Below, piece by piece: positions 48,439-60,895 of a stretch of DNA of 64,000 nt. Under the pieces are notes generated by a model. That model was not told the DNA's origin, made no database searches, and worked only from the letters and a program-made list of their open reading frames with translations. The stretch is from Pristiophorus japonicus (taxonomy: Eukaryota): assembly GCF_044704955.1 (NCBI RefSeq), contig NC_092010.1:38626001-38690000 (forward strand), written 5' to 3'. The position numbers and the translations under genes were made by a program. The first letter of the stretch is position 1; each line of letters starts with the position of its first letter.

Positions 48439-49184
48439 TACTGGCCATTTGGATATGTACCCCAGCAAAGGAGTCAGCACCTTCAAAAGAAGAATGAGGA
48501 GAAAAATTGAGGGGTGGGATTTTTCAGTAAATCAAATCTGGGGAAAGAATAAAATAAGACATGTTGTATTATCCACAATCTCAGACTGTTATTCTCAGCT
48601 TTTTTTACAAGCTGGAAAGGTTTTCAGCATTCACAATGTAAGAATAGGTTTTGTGCCTTAAACAGTAAGTGCAAATGGAAATATAAAATATTAGCTACGT
48701 CACCAATACAGAAAACAATCGACAGTCAGACAGCATTAATGACAGTGAACAAACACCCTGTTTATATGACTGTATAAGCCCCCAGAAAACCAACATATTT
48801 AGGATTATGATTTCATAATATGTACAGTGGATTACAAATACTGTGACACTACATTATGTAATTTGAGGCTAATCAAGAGTTACTTCCATGGAATCTATGG
48901 AGGGCATAATTTTAGGCAGCCATATTGAAGCATGTTAACTCCTATAAGCGTATGTAACAGCACAGGTTGAAACAGGCCATTTGTAGATCATGCTTTTGCA
49001 TCCAACTCAGAGTTGCTATGGATAAGTGTAGACTGAGATAATGGAGGAAAGAGGGGGAAGGGAATGTTGTCTGTGCAGGGCAGCAAGCCAAGGTTGAATA
49101 ATTGAAATATGAAGATGGATGTATATTCTGGATTGGATTACCTTTAGGGATCAGTGAGTATTTATACAGAACTTCCCCTCATGA

Positions 49185-49452
49185 GATTAACTGGGTGGGG
49201 AGAGTCCGTGATAGAGGAGTGTACATGGGCTGTGGGAGGAGATTAAATGGGTGGGTAGGGTCAGTGATAGGGGAGTGTACATGGGCTGTGGGTGGGGATT
49301 AAATAGGTGGGTAGAGTCAGTGATAGGGGAGTGTGTACATGGGCTGTGGGAGGGGATTAAATGGGTGGGTAGGGTCAGTGATAGGGGAGTGTACATGGGC
49401 TGTGGGAGGAGATTAAATGGGTGGGTAAAGTCCTTGATAGGGGTGAGTGTAC
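49185..49452. repeat. Orphan short array (~4.5 units) of the 56/58-bp satellite
   Basis: Same unit and orientation as 1-16255. Confidence 0.95.
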
Positions 49453-50325
49453 CTGCAAAGCAAAGGTACATTACATCGTAACCTCACAGCAAGTCCACTG
49501 AAAGATCAATTTAGTGCACTTGGATTTTAAATGGCTCCTTCACATCTGAAACAGCTCTCATGAAAAACCATTGGTTCTTGTATCCTGCAGACACCAAAAT
49601 CACAACTGTTGTAATTTTTAAAGGACTACTATTGTTTCCTCTATAGAACAGCAGCACATCTTCTATAAAAACAGTGTTCCCTAAAATGACCTGCCCCACC
49701 AAATGCATCAGTTTCCCACACTAGCTGCCCTGTGGGCTCCGAGTGAGACTGCCAAGTTACTACCAATTCCTGCCAAATCTGTAGACGATTAACTTTTAAA
49801 AAATATACAGGGAGATTTTAAACTTATAATGTGTGTTTAATTGCAAGGATACTACAATATTCTTTAAATAGTTAATTAGAAAATAAAGCTTCTTTGTTGT
49901 CAATAGATGGGTGACTAGGTTAGGAAATATTGATTTATTATGTAGTCTACTCCTTTTATTTCAAAGTCACTTAATTTGAATTGTCTTGATAATTTGAATG
50001 TTTTTAAAGCACCCTGTACTACATTCCCACTTTGTTGTGTTATTTACATTACTTAATTCAATTTTTTTTAAAGTGCAAAAACAAGAGAGTCATCAGGAGT
50101 AGACTGTCATGGCAGGTTTGATAGATGCTATTAAACAACACATCAGCTTGTCTTGGCTACCCGAATACAAATTTAACACATTTCGTTAAGCTCACAGCAA
50201 GGAAACCACAGCCTCTTCTCAGCACGTCAAGTCAACTCTCATTTTACAAACGTGTGGGGAACAGGGGTTCACTTTACTCTGGGCTAAATTCAGCCAATAT
50301 CTTTAACAGGATTCATGGAAATATA

Positions 50326-53263
50326 GGGCTGTAACCTCCACTTTTGTGCTTATTGCCCAAAAATGGGCGTTATTTCCGGCGTGGGCAGTAAAAAAGGGTT
50401 TTCAGATCACCGGCTTCTCGCCCATTCCCAAAGCACCTAGTCTCCATTTTTGAAAATGGGCATTACCAAGAGCGATATGAAATGGGCGGTAGCGTTAAAT
50501 TTTTTTGACCTTCTGCTGTAAAGTGTGGCCGCCCTTAGCAACGGCATGGCAACGCTTGATTCCTGCGATTCTGGAGGTCAAGGGTCACCATGACATGTGC
50601 AGAATAGGAGAGAGAGAGAGAGCGAGAGAGAGGGAGCTCAGAGGCACTGAAAGCGTGTGTGGCTGTGGTGTGTGCTTGTTTGGCTGTTGTGGGAGGCATG
50701 AGGGAGATTCACCAGCAGCGAAAAGCCTACTATGCACCAAGAACATAGATGGCACTGAGTTTTTGTCCAACAAATAAGATACAACATGGAAGCGATGGTG
50801 GAGGTCCTGGAGCTGGTAGCCAGGAACACTGGTGGCAGAGGGCTCCCAGTGGTCCCAGAGCGCTGCACTGCACCCCAAGATGCCGCACCCCCATTGCCAA
50901 CCACACGAGAGCCAGCAGCAACATCTTGCTTCTGGCTCAGAGCACGTTCCCACCTCGGGACTGTCCTCTCCTGTATCCGTCCAAGCAGCAGTTCAGCCGT
51001 CATTACCCCCACACCCCCCCGACACCAACCCCCCCCCCCCAACCACCCCCTCCACACCCCCCAATGAAGCATCGCCTGAGGAACTCCTCGGCCAGACGGC
51101 TTGGAGTCAGGAGGGGAAGGGGTAGAGATGGGGGGGGCGGGGGAAGGGCTGGTTTGTACAGAAATACTGATGATTTCAGACTAATGTTCGGTTTAAATGT
51201 TTTTTTATTTAACAAAACCTTGTTGCGCATTGGCTCAGAGAGGTGCACCGTTACACGCTGGTGATTTCTTTACATCAAAGCGTATAATGACACTTATCTT
51301 CAATCAACTTAAACTTTAACTGTCACCAAGGTGATGCCCACCATTGATGTATAACCTGCACACCCAGCAGTGTGTCAGCCTTGTAAATAACACCAACGTT
51401 CTTTCAGGCAAAGCGATCATTGATGAGCTCCTGACGCAAGGCTCTTGCAGCTATCATGCCACCATGGGCTCTTTCATGCGGTCTACAGGGGGCCGGGGGA
51501 TGGCTTCAGCATCAGCCTGATTGTCTGGGCCGATATCAGCGTCCACCTCCTCATTCTCCTCTTCCTCTCTCTGGTGAGGTGGACTATCAGACTCATCAAG
51601 CAATTCTTGCCCCCTCCTGATAGCCAAGTTGTGCAGTATGGAGCACACCACCACGAATTGAGCTACCTGCTCAGGGGGATATTGGAGCTCGCCTCCTGAG
51701 TGGTCCAGGCATTTAAAGCACTGCTTCAGCACTCCAATGGTTTTCTCCATAATATTATAAGTTGCTCTGTGGCTCTCTTTGTACCGCCTCTCGGCTTCGG
51801 TGTGGGTGTCACACAGGGGGGTCATCAGCCAGGTGGCGAGGCCATATCCTTTGTCATCAAGCATCCAGCATTGATCTTGTGGCTGATTGTTAAACAAGTC
51901 AGATACAGTGCTCTCACGCAGGATGTGAGCATCATGGATGCTGCCCAGAAATTGAGTATTCACTGCCAGTATAATTTGCTGGTGGTCGACGAGTTGGACA
52001 TTCAGGGAGTGGAATCCCTTGCGGTTCCTGAAAACCTCTACATCCTGAAAAGGTGCCCGCATCACGATGTGCGTACAGTCTATTGCTCCCTACACCTTGG
52101 GGAAGTTTGCAATTCTGGAGAATCCTAGAGCCCTCTCACTCTGTGCCTCCCTGGTCATAGGGAAGCTGATCAAGTCCCTCCTGCGTGTGTACAGGGCTTC
52201 AGTGACCTGTCCAATGCAGCGATGTGTGGCATGCTGAGAAAGTCCACAAATGTCTCCAACTGTGGCCTGAAAAGAACCCGAGGCATAGAACGACAGTGCT
52301 GCGGTGACTTTGACCTCGACGCACAGTGCAGTACTGATGGTGCTGGCAGGCTGCAGATCTGCCCTTATAAGCTGGCATACTTCAGTGATAACCTCTTTGT
52401 GGAAGCACATCTCCGAAGGCAGGTGTTGTCAGGCAAGTCGAGGTAAGAATACTTCTCCTTGTACTTGCAGGGGGTGTAACATCTGGTCCTCCTCATCAGT
52501 CTGTCACGTCTTACATTGGGCACATAATGCAGTGGAGCGTTCCTTCGGCGATGTCGAGTCTGCTGCATGTAATTGGTCACCAAGAGAGAGTGAGAAAAGA
52601 CAGGCCCCATTTGCAATAGCTCTCTGTTTTCCACCGATTGGTCACAAACAACGAATGTCCCTACGAAGACACCTATTCAATTCCAATTGGTCACTGTATG
52701 GTCAAGATGTTTGTAGAGATGTTCACATCAACTCCAACGACCTGCAGAGTACATCCGAACTCCGCCGAGGTTGAAGCACAGCAGCCTTTTAAAGGATGCG
52801 ACATGTGATCTAGAACATGGCATCCATAACGCTGTGATTAGTTCCGCTTAGTTGCACTTTTTCTGGGCGTTTTTTTGGGCGAGCGATATTGTGGGCGATG
52901 TGCGCGAGGTGGTGAAATTGACGCTGGGCGATCTCATGGCTGCTAGTTTCGGTAAATATGCTCTTTACGACAAAAAACAGTGGGCGGAGCGTTAAATCAG
53001 TGCGGAAAGTAACGCTGGGAGATATGGGCGTTGATTTCGCCCATTCTGATGATTCTGCCCCAAAGAATTGGGCGGGCGGTAATATTTTTTCCCTGCGTTA
53101 AGCACATGAGGAAAGTAACGCTCGGCAATAAGTTTCTGAAAAATGCCCGCCAGTTTCTATTTTGTGCCAAAATGGGCGATATATGGGTGTTATATGTCAT
53201 TTCAGTGGTAAAATGGGCGTTAAATGGGCGTTAAGCATGCAAAAAAAGTGGAGGTTCTAGCCC
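50326..53263 (-). mobile_element. PIF/Harbinger DNA transposon, defective (~2.94 kb)
   Basis: TIR GGGCTGTAACCTCCACTTTT vs revcomp GGGCTAGAACCTCCACTTTT (18/20). 3-bp ATA on both flanks. Subterminal TGGGCG repeats. Confidence 0.95.
51454..52634 (-). pseudogene. Disrupted Harbinger (HARBI1-like) DDE transposase
   Basis: ALSFYASGSFQATVGDICGLSQ...FPKV*GAIDCTHI...FRNRKGFHSLNVQ...GSIHDAHIL...LDDKGY...IMEKTIGVLKQCFKCL. Frameshift near 52400 and stop at 52090. Confidence 0.92.
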
Positions 53264-53708
53264 ATAGGATTTAAGCAGATTTTGACTGTATTGAGTTTCC
53301 CATTCTACGCAAGTTTATGTTCAATTTCCTTTCCAGTTTAAGTGCACAAGGTGCCCAAATTTGCCAATTGCTTTGCGCCAGCCATAGATTTGAACAAAAG
53401 TGCCTGCTCCCCTCTCAGCATCTCCCCACAGCAATGCTGTGACCTGAACTTCTATGGCACAAGGGGGATCAACAATCAGACGTAGACATCTCCCTCACAG
53501 GGAAAGAGAAGAAACTGGTCTATTAAATGTTGGTTTAAATTGGGTTTAACAGTGAATCTCTCTAATTTTGCACATGAATTGCATAATGGACTCAACAGGA
53601 ATCTTAATTCAAAGCTCAGCAATTGACTTAATGAGCCCTCTTTGCAACAAATAAGCCACCTGTACAACTTGGCACTTGAGAGTGCTCTTTCCTAAACACT
53701 CAGCCATC

Positions 53709-53799
53709 TCAAAACTCCGTTGAATTTACGAGATCCATTGGGTTCATGCTCAGGAGTTCGTTCAGCTCTGACTCTGAGGGTACAGTAAGGTTTTCCACA
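53709..53799 (-). CDS. STAT6: STAT6 terminal coding exon with LxxLL coactivator motif
   Basis: TCTTCTTAG|T; (G)VENLTVPSESELNELLSMNPMDLVNSTEF*. PSESELNELL aligns to mammalian PTEQDLTKLL; phase 2 compatible. Confidence 0.82.
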
Positions 53800-54849
53800 C
53801 TAAGAAGAGACAAAAAGAACAGAATGTGACACTACTGTTTCTAAAAGTGGGGTCATGTAGTAAGATTTTCAAAAGAAGAAAAAAAAACACATTCCAGTTA
53901 CAGGTTGTATTTACTATTGAAGTTAATAAATAGTCTTACTTTGGTTTTATTGAGCTGTGTAATGTTTGCTGAATCACAATTCATCATGCAGGACTCCAAG
54001 ACACACTGAGGCGCTCACACAGTTGTGTATATTTTAGTGGCACTATACAATAATTGGGTTAGGGCTGTACCTTGGCTGAAGATTTAGGTCGAAGTTGAGT
54101 GGGGATGCACTGCACGCCAGTGGGTTTTGAACAGCGTGGTTGATGGCAATGCTGTGGTGGATAACGGGCTCAGTGGATCTGTGGCGACTAGTTGGTGCTT
54201 GACTGCCTTCACTTGGGGGTGAGTGGGGGAGGAGGGATGGGTGGAATGGGCCCTCAGAAAGGGGGCCGCCCCATGGCGTGGTGCTTCTTCAGCTGCAGGT
54301 GGAACCCGTGCATTATCTTTCCATAAGCGTTTCCTCCACCTCGGTTGTGGGAGAGGCTGGTTGTGCCACAGCTATATCTTTTCACCCTAGCAGTGAGAAC
54401 TAGGCCGACCTCAACTGTATGAATTCCTTGTCCTTTTGGCCACAATAGACATGGAAGATTGGTGGCTGGCACCAGCCATTTTCTCTTTCCCTGTAAGGAA
54501 GATGGTCACCTGTGATTTGATGGTTCTCCTGGTGTCACAGACAAGTTCAGGCCACGTTCTCAATTTCAACAGCATTGCTGTGGGGAGTTGCTGAGTGGAG
54601 GGCAGCACTTCCTTATTAGGAGAGAGAAAGTCAGAGGGACAGTCACCCTGGGCTGTTCTTGTCCAACATTTAGCAGCTGGTTTTAGCACTGCATTGGCCC
54701 AAGGCCTGGGAGTAGGAAGTCCGTTTTCTTGACTAGGGATGGTATATGGCAGATGGAGACCCGTATGGGGGTTGGGGGGAGGTGGGGAAAAGATAAGAAA
54801 AATGGAATCTTACCCCCAGAAAGGGTCTAAACACGTTTATCTGGCTTAC

Positions 54850-54927
54850 CCTCTTACAAACTGATCACCTTCATAGTAGCTGTTCACCTCCATGTCATTC
54901 TCACTTTGAAATGGATCAATGAGATGG
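54850..54927 (-). CDS. STAT6: STAT6 transactivation-domain exon
   Basis: Pyrimidine tract + AAGCAG|C; HLIDPFQSENDMEVNSYYEGDQFVR; GG|GTAAGC; open frame, phase 2 to 2. Confidence 0.72.
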
Positions 54928-56452
54928 CTGCTTTGCCGAAGAAAGAAAAGTATTAGACAGGTAATGTAACGAGACAAGCTTATCACATGGATACAAACAC
55001 TAAGAACCTGGAGTATGAATGCAAAGCTTTGAGAATATAACCCCCTATTTAATGTTCAAAATACTGCAATCTGTTACAGCCCTGGCACTGTGCATCAGTT
55101 ACTCGCTTGTGCCTATGAATACCCACACAAGAGTTCATGATCTTGGGCATGGAAGTTAGATATGTCCAAGAGGGAGAGAGTTACTCTAGCTACCAGTGTA
55201 TCCCAATGAGCAGCGAAAGGGAGGCATTGGGTTCCCTTGATTGCTCAGTAGGTAATGATACCTTGTGCGATACTGAGGCATACAAACCAAGAGAGTTTCA
55301 GGATTGATGCCTGGTCTCGGTCTGTACTGTTAGTTGATCGCAAGCTTGCGAGTTAAGTCAGTATCCAGTGAGCCCTGCTGGAGAGCGTATATGCATGGAT
55401 GAGGGCAGGGTTGGGCTCAACGTGGTGTCCTTCACAGTCAGCGCTTTTGACGGCACGCACTGTCTAGGCTCTTGTATGAAAAATGGCCTTTATCAATATG
55501 GCGGGTGACGCACTTCTGGCGTGGAATGTGCGGGCACACATGCGGCCTGTAAAATGGGCGCGGTGTCGACTAATTTCTAGGCCCATTTTTCTATTAGAGT
55601 TACCGTTGGAGGCAACAAGATCTGGAGGTATCATGAGGTGAGTTTCCAATGAGCACTGCGAGACAACACTCTGCCGGCAGCAAACAAAAACAGGAGTCCT
55701 TGCAGATGAGCCGGGGTCTTGGCCTGTACTGTTAGTGCGGACATTTGGGAAGGTCTGTGGCCAGAAACAAATGCAACTTTTTAAGCAACAGTACCTGTGT
55801 GATCTTGCACAAGTGATGTTTCAACATTGCTGACAGAGCACTGAATCTGTGCTGTAATATCAGGGCAAATTCAAAAGGACCAACACTCCAGCAGCCTTTG
55901 ATAAATTGCAGAACTACACGAGAATATAGGCATGCTGCAAGTCAAAGACATGGGACTGGATTTCTCTCTTTGGGGCAGAGTGGACTTCTGCTGTGGCTCC
56001 AACCCATTTTCCTGGGTCAAGGGTCACTTATCATGCAGAGCAGGATTCCTGGCGCTGCTAACAAGGAAAATTGGGCAGTGCTGCTGGAGCACCCAAGAGA
56101 CGTTAAAGGAGCAGAAAAATCCCAAAGTAGTGAGCTACTAGTTTTGTATGCCAACAAAGGTACGTGCATGGGGCCAAGTTGGAGGGAGAGAAGATCCCCA
56201 ATTAAGCCATCTTCCTCCATCTACAGAAATCTGGCAGAGGTGCAGGGAGGGAAATGGAGCTGAGGGTGGGGAGGCATGGCTTCACTGCCCATTTCAGGAA
56301 GAATCACAGAGAAAAATCCAGCCCAATGTGTTGCATTAATATCAGAGCAAAGTTATAAACTCCATAAATTAGATTCAAGGTTCTTAACTGTGAAAAGAAC
56401 TAAATCCAATCAGGTCACAGACCAAAGCTATATCTTTAGAAACAGAACTGAC

Positions 56453-56545
56453 CTCTGAATTATATTTGTAAAGTCCTCATCTGGGTTCATGGCCATCATT
56501 GTATTAGGAGGCACTGAAATGGAAGAGGTGACTGTAGCATCTCCC
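56453..56545 (-). CDS. STAT6: STAT6 transactivation-domain exon (93 bp)
   Basis: CTCCTAACAG|G; GDATVTSSISVPPNTMMAMNPDEDFTNIIQ; AG|GTCAGT; phase 2 to 2. Confidence 0.75.
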
Positions 56546-56761
56546 CTGTTAGGAGAAGATAAGGAAATAATTATATTTGAACCTGGCAGTGATTTAATTA
56601 AACCGCAATAGGTGACAGTAGATAGCTTGTAAGCAAAGGTTTCTGTTCAATAGAAAATATCCTCTGCTGATGTCACACAAGACAGGACATACCTGCACAC
56701 TTACTAGTCACTTTCAAATACCATTTATAGCACTTCCACCAAAAGTGATATGACTGACTGC

Positions 56762-57417
56762 CAGGGGCGGATTAACCATGGGGCGGATGGGGCTGCAGTC
56801 TCAGGCCCACCAAATAAATGTAGGAAAAAAATATAAGGCCTCATAAATAATCTGAGTAGAATAGACAATGAGAGAGGAAAATATTGTTTATTGGCCTAAC
56901 ATGTACATACCTATTTTGCAGAGACAAGATCTTTAGTATTTACCTGTGTTATTATTTAACTATTATATAATATATTTAATATATAAAATATGTTAATATA
57001 TAATATATTATATTAATATATTATAGTACAAGTCCACCGTTATATACGTCATGTAATAGTAACATAGAAATTTACAGCGCAGAAGGAGGCCATTTCGGCC
57101 CATTGTGTCTGCGCCGGCCGACAAAGAGCTACACGGCCCTCGGTCAGCAGCCCTAAAAGTTACATATAAACCTATGAACAATGACGGAAAGGCAAAGAGC
57201 ACCCGGCCCAACCAGTCCGCCTCACACAACTGCGACACCCCTTATACTGAAACATTCTACACTCCACCCCAACCGGAGCCATGGGATCTCCTGGGAGAGG
57301 CAAAAACCAGATAAAAACCCAGGCCAATTTAGGAGGGTAATGAACAATGACAAACATAACTATAGGCCCATTTGGATCAGTTTGCCCCAGGCCCATCAGG
57401 CCCTGAATCCGGCCCTG
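56762..57417. mobile_element. hAT MITE with nested minus-strand LINE 3' end (~57055-57330)
   Basis: TIR CAGGGGCGGATT / revcomp CAGGGCCGGATT. Perfect 8-bp TSD CTGACTGC (56754-61, 57418-25). Confidence 0.9.
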
Positions 57418-57991
57418 CTGACTGCGATCTGTTCACACTTCATGCTAAATTTGGAGCACTAGCAGCAATGTTGGCAAAACCGCACACGCGTGCAATATTT
57501 CCACATGCAAATACAATTTTAAAACAACTACATATCTGTGACTTTATGTTTCTTGCTATGGACCTTCCCTGCGCTCTGCTATAATTGGCAGACCACCTGC
57601 TCACAGCCAGAAAAAAAAATGAGGTCTTAACATGTGGCACTGGCCGTTTATGCTGGTCACCATTGCTGCTTTTTTAAAAAATCATCTTACCCCCTTCCAC
57701 TCCTGAAGGTGCTGAATCATATAGAGGTACAGTTCCACAGGCTAACTGCCCTCCAGTGTCTCAAGTGGCCATGTGGAACCTAGATAGTGAGTGTCAGTAG
57801 GTTATTCCCCCACAGTGGGCGTCAGAGCTGAGTCCAATCATGCCTCCTTCAACATTCATGCACATATATTCTTTCCAGCTATGGTCACTGAACAGTGACC
57901 TAGCCCTGGGTCAATTTCTGGCACAGGTCACTGGGTAGCAATCAGGAGCAGGAACCCCAGCGGATTTGGGTCCAGAGGCCATTTGTAGCAT

Positions 57992-58392
57992 TAAGAACAT
58001 AAGAAACAGGAGCAGGAGTCGGCCATTCGGCCCCTCGAGCCTGCTCCGCCATTTAATACGATCATGGCTGATCTGATCATGGACTCAGCTCCACTTCCCT
58101 GCCTGCTCCCCATAACCCTTGACCCCCTTATCAGTGAAGAAACTGTCTTAAATATATTCAATGACCCAGCCTCCACAGCTCTCTGGGCAGAGAATTCCAC
58201 AGATTTACAACCCTGAGAAGAAATTCCTCCTCATCTCAGTTTTAAATGGACGGCCCCTTATTCTAAGACCATGCCCCCTAGTTCTAGTCTCCCCCATCAG
58301 TGGAAACATCCTCTCTACATCCACCTTGTCAAGCCCCCTCACAATCTTATACGTTTCGATAAGATCGCCTCTCATTCTTCTGAATTCCAATG
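57992..58392 (-). mobile_element. CR1 LINE 3' fragment
   Basis: EFRRMRGDLIETYKIVRGLDKVDVERMFPLMGETRTRGH; tail TAAGAACATAAGAA on +. Confidence 0.93.
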
Positions 58393-58774
58393 CCCTCAGT
58401 CATTCCTGCTCGAGTCAAACCCACAACTGTGAAGCACTTTTGAATACTGTCAATATTAAGGGACTGCAGGTCACCCACTTCTGTGGAACTGTACCCAGTA
58501 AGAGTAAACACCATCTGGAGAAGATTGTGAATTTGGAAAAAAAGATCCCCTCAGATTGTGGCTCCTAAAAATGATGGCAAGAAAGCAAACACCAGTGCGA
58601 GTGGGGGAGAGAATTAGTTTGGGGGGAGGAAGAGAACTAGTACAAGAGGGCGACGAGAGTTAGTTCGAAAGGAGGAAAAGAATTACTCATTTCAAAAAAT
58701 GCACGTGTGGTGAGAACAGAAATTTGAAACTAAATTTTGCAACATCAGTTACTAACAACAACCTCTACACTTAC

Positions 58775-58906
58775 TTATCGTAGTTGACAGTACTCGGGTT
58801 ACATGGGACCTGCGGCCATCCTGGGATTTCAGGCGCAGTAAACACACCGTAAGGCTGAGACACTGGCGAATCGACTACGGGCTGTGCACCCACTTGTGTT
58901 TGTTCA
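58775..58906 (-). CDS. STAT6: STAT6 exon (start of transactivation domain, 132 bp)
   Basis: TTTTATTTCAG|T; EQTQVGAQPVVDSPVSQPYGVFTAPEIPGWPQVPCNPSTVNYD; AA|GTAAGT; phase 2 to 2. Confidence 0.8.
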
Positions 58907-59199
58907 CTGAAATAAAATGCAAAAACAATGAGCGTTTTACACACTGTCTGCTAACCCCACCAAAGGAAACAGAAGGCACCTCCTAAATGGCAGTATGATA
59001 GTCAGCATCTATGCAAACAAGGCTCATGCCCAGCAAAGTCACAAGTGCATTCTTGTGAGACTCACGAGTGGAGATATTGATCACGTGAGATGGGGTAATG
59101 ACAGGAGTGTGGAAAGAGAGGGGGACACTATCTGAGCAGAAGGAACGATTTACAATATCAGCTAGCATAGGAGCCAGGAAGGGAAGTTAGGTGGCTGGC

Positions 59200-59995
59200 A
59201 GTTCAGTAGCAATTTAGGAAAAGGGAGCAGGGGATGAATTTCATGAATGAGATGAGCTTGGAGAGGGTATGGGGGGAGCTGAGAGAGATTCTAGAGAGGG
59301 GTGGCAGTTCAAGGCTAGGATGAGGAGGAGGCCTGCGATGAGGTTTGGCTTGGTGGACAAATGGAAGGGGGTAATCAGCAAAGGCAGTTGAATGGATGGC
59401 CTCTTTCCTGATGACAAAGTAAGCTCCTTGCACTTGTTGTTGAAGGTAAGGGTAGAGAGGGCAAGAGAGGGGAGTTTGAGGGGAGGGTTTGTAGCAGAGA
59501 AAAGAAGATGGGATTATCTTTGTTCTCTGGGATGATCCTAGAGTAGTGGACAGTTTTGGCAAAGGAGAGCGAGACCTGGTAGAGCTCGATATGGTCCAGC
59601 CAGATCTGGTGATGGATAGCTAAAATCAGTTGTGTGTGAGATAGCCTCAAGTCTGGAGTCCATACCAGGATGGACTACTGGGATGGCAGACACGTGAATA
59701 TCTTACCGAAGGTGAGGAAGTGGTTTAGCGAATCGACAGCTGCAACGGTACCGTGGCAAATGGAGGGCCAAAGGCTAGGCAGTTGTAACTGTTTGGGGGA
59801 AAGAGTTTATTCCAGGGGCAGAAACAAAAGGAAACGGAGTTGGAAGGGGGTGGGTGGTGAGGGATACAAGGAAGTGGTCAGAGATGGCCTTGTCAGTGAT
59901 TGAGGCCATGGGAGAACAGATACCATGGGAGATGGCAAGGTTGAGGGGGTGGCTGTAAGTATGGGTAAGAGAGTTTAGTCGGATGAGGTAGATGG
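59200..59995 (-). mobile_element. Old degenerate L2-like LINE fragment
   Basis: Strongly purine-rich + strand; Pro/Ser/Leu-rich broken minus frames typical of the L2 ORF2 linker. Confidence 0.5.
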
Positions 59996-60141
59996 TTGCT
60001 GGATGTCAGTTAAATTTAAGAGATAGAAAATCATGGGAAGTGTACCCACAATTTCCCAACATACCCTCCCAGCGGGTGAGGTGCCTTGCCATGAGTGCAC
60101 ATTCGGATAATCGGCCTTTTCGTCTGTTAGTGCTTTCTACC

Positions 60142-60409
60142 TGTCATGTATCTCACACTACTGTACATAATTGTATCTTACCATGCTGTACATGACTGTA
60201 ACTAGAGATGACCTGTAACCACAAGCTTACCTTACCACCAGGGGTGCACTTGTATGAAACACTGGATACCTGTCCCAGACAGGTATATAAGGACAGGTCT
60301 CAGGCAAGTGTGGCATTCGAGAGCTGTGTAATAAAGGTGCAGGTCCTGAGTGACCTTGACTTCAATATGTGCCTTGTGTGAGTCTGTACTGCAGGGACAG
60401 GACTTTACA
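60142..60409 (+). mobile_element. Solo LTR (Gypsy-like)
   Basis: TGTCATG...TTTACA termini; TATATAA ~60284; AATAAA ~60330; flanks CTACC/TTACC (4/5). Confidence 0.8.
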
Positions 60410-60483
60410 TTACCCAGGTATACTTTGTTCACTAAATTTAGCAAAGACAGAAAAATAGGCCCCATGTGTCTGTGCTCACTTAC

Positions 60484-60541
60484 TCATTCACCGTAGTCTT
60501 TACACCAGCATGGAGATACCCATCCTTTCCCTTCGCTTCCT
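60484..60541 (-). CDS. STAT6: STAT6 phosphotyrosine exon (58 bp)
   Basis: TTTCCACAG|AG; (K)EAKGKDGYLHAGVKTTVN; GA|GTAAGT. Aligns to mammalian GKDGRGYVPATIKMTVE; Tyr codon at 60516-60518. Confidence 0.92.
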
Positions 60542-60751
60542 CTGTGGAAAGAAAACAAACACGATTCTTTGCTTGATGCTCTCCTGAATATTTTTCAGTA
60601 ACAAAAACAAATGTCTTTCAAAGATGTTTCTTTAAATATCGATCATTGAAGTGTTGTAATAACACACCGTGGTTGGAGAGGAACAATATTCATACAGTCT
60701 TTGTATGACTGTAAATTGCACTCAAAGGGCAAAAGCTCTTCAAATTAATTT

Positions 60752-60895
60752 TGGAACATAGGAACAGGAGTAGCCCATTCAGCCCCTCGAGTCTGTTCTG
60801 CCATTCAGTTAGACCATGGCTGGTCTGCATCTCAACTCTATTTATCCACCTTAGCTCCATATCCCTTAATGCTCTTACCCAACAAGAAATCATTT
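60752..60895 (-). mobile_element. CR1 3' UTR fragment
   Basis: GGAACATAGGAACAGGAGTAGCCCATTCAGCCCCTCGAGTCTG is the reverse complement of the CR1 3' end (and of the 43-bp array unit). Confidence 0.8.

Noticed and set aside
51454-52634. Domesticated HARBI1 host gene
   Set aside because: Frameshift, internal stop and intact TIR/TSD show it is a decaying transposon copy.
55796-55852. Candidate extra STAT6 exon (TTACAG|...G|GTACTG on minus)
   Set aside because: Open only in phases incompatible with the flanking phase-2 exons; the phase-2 reading hits TGA.
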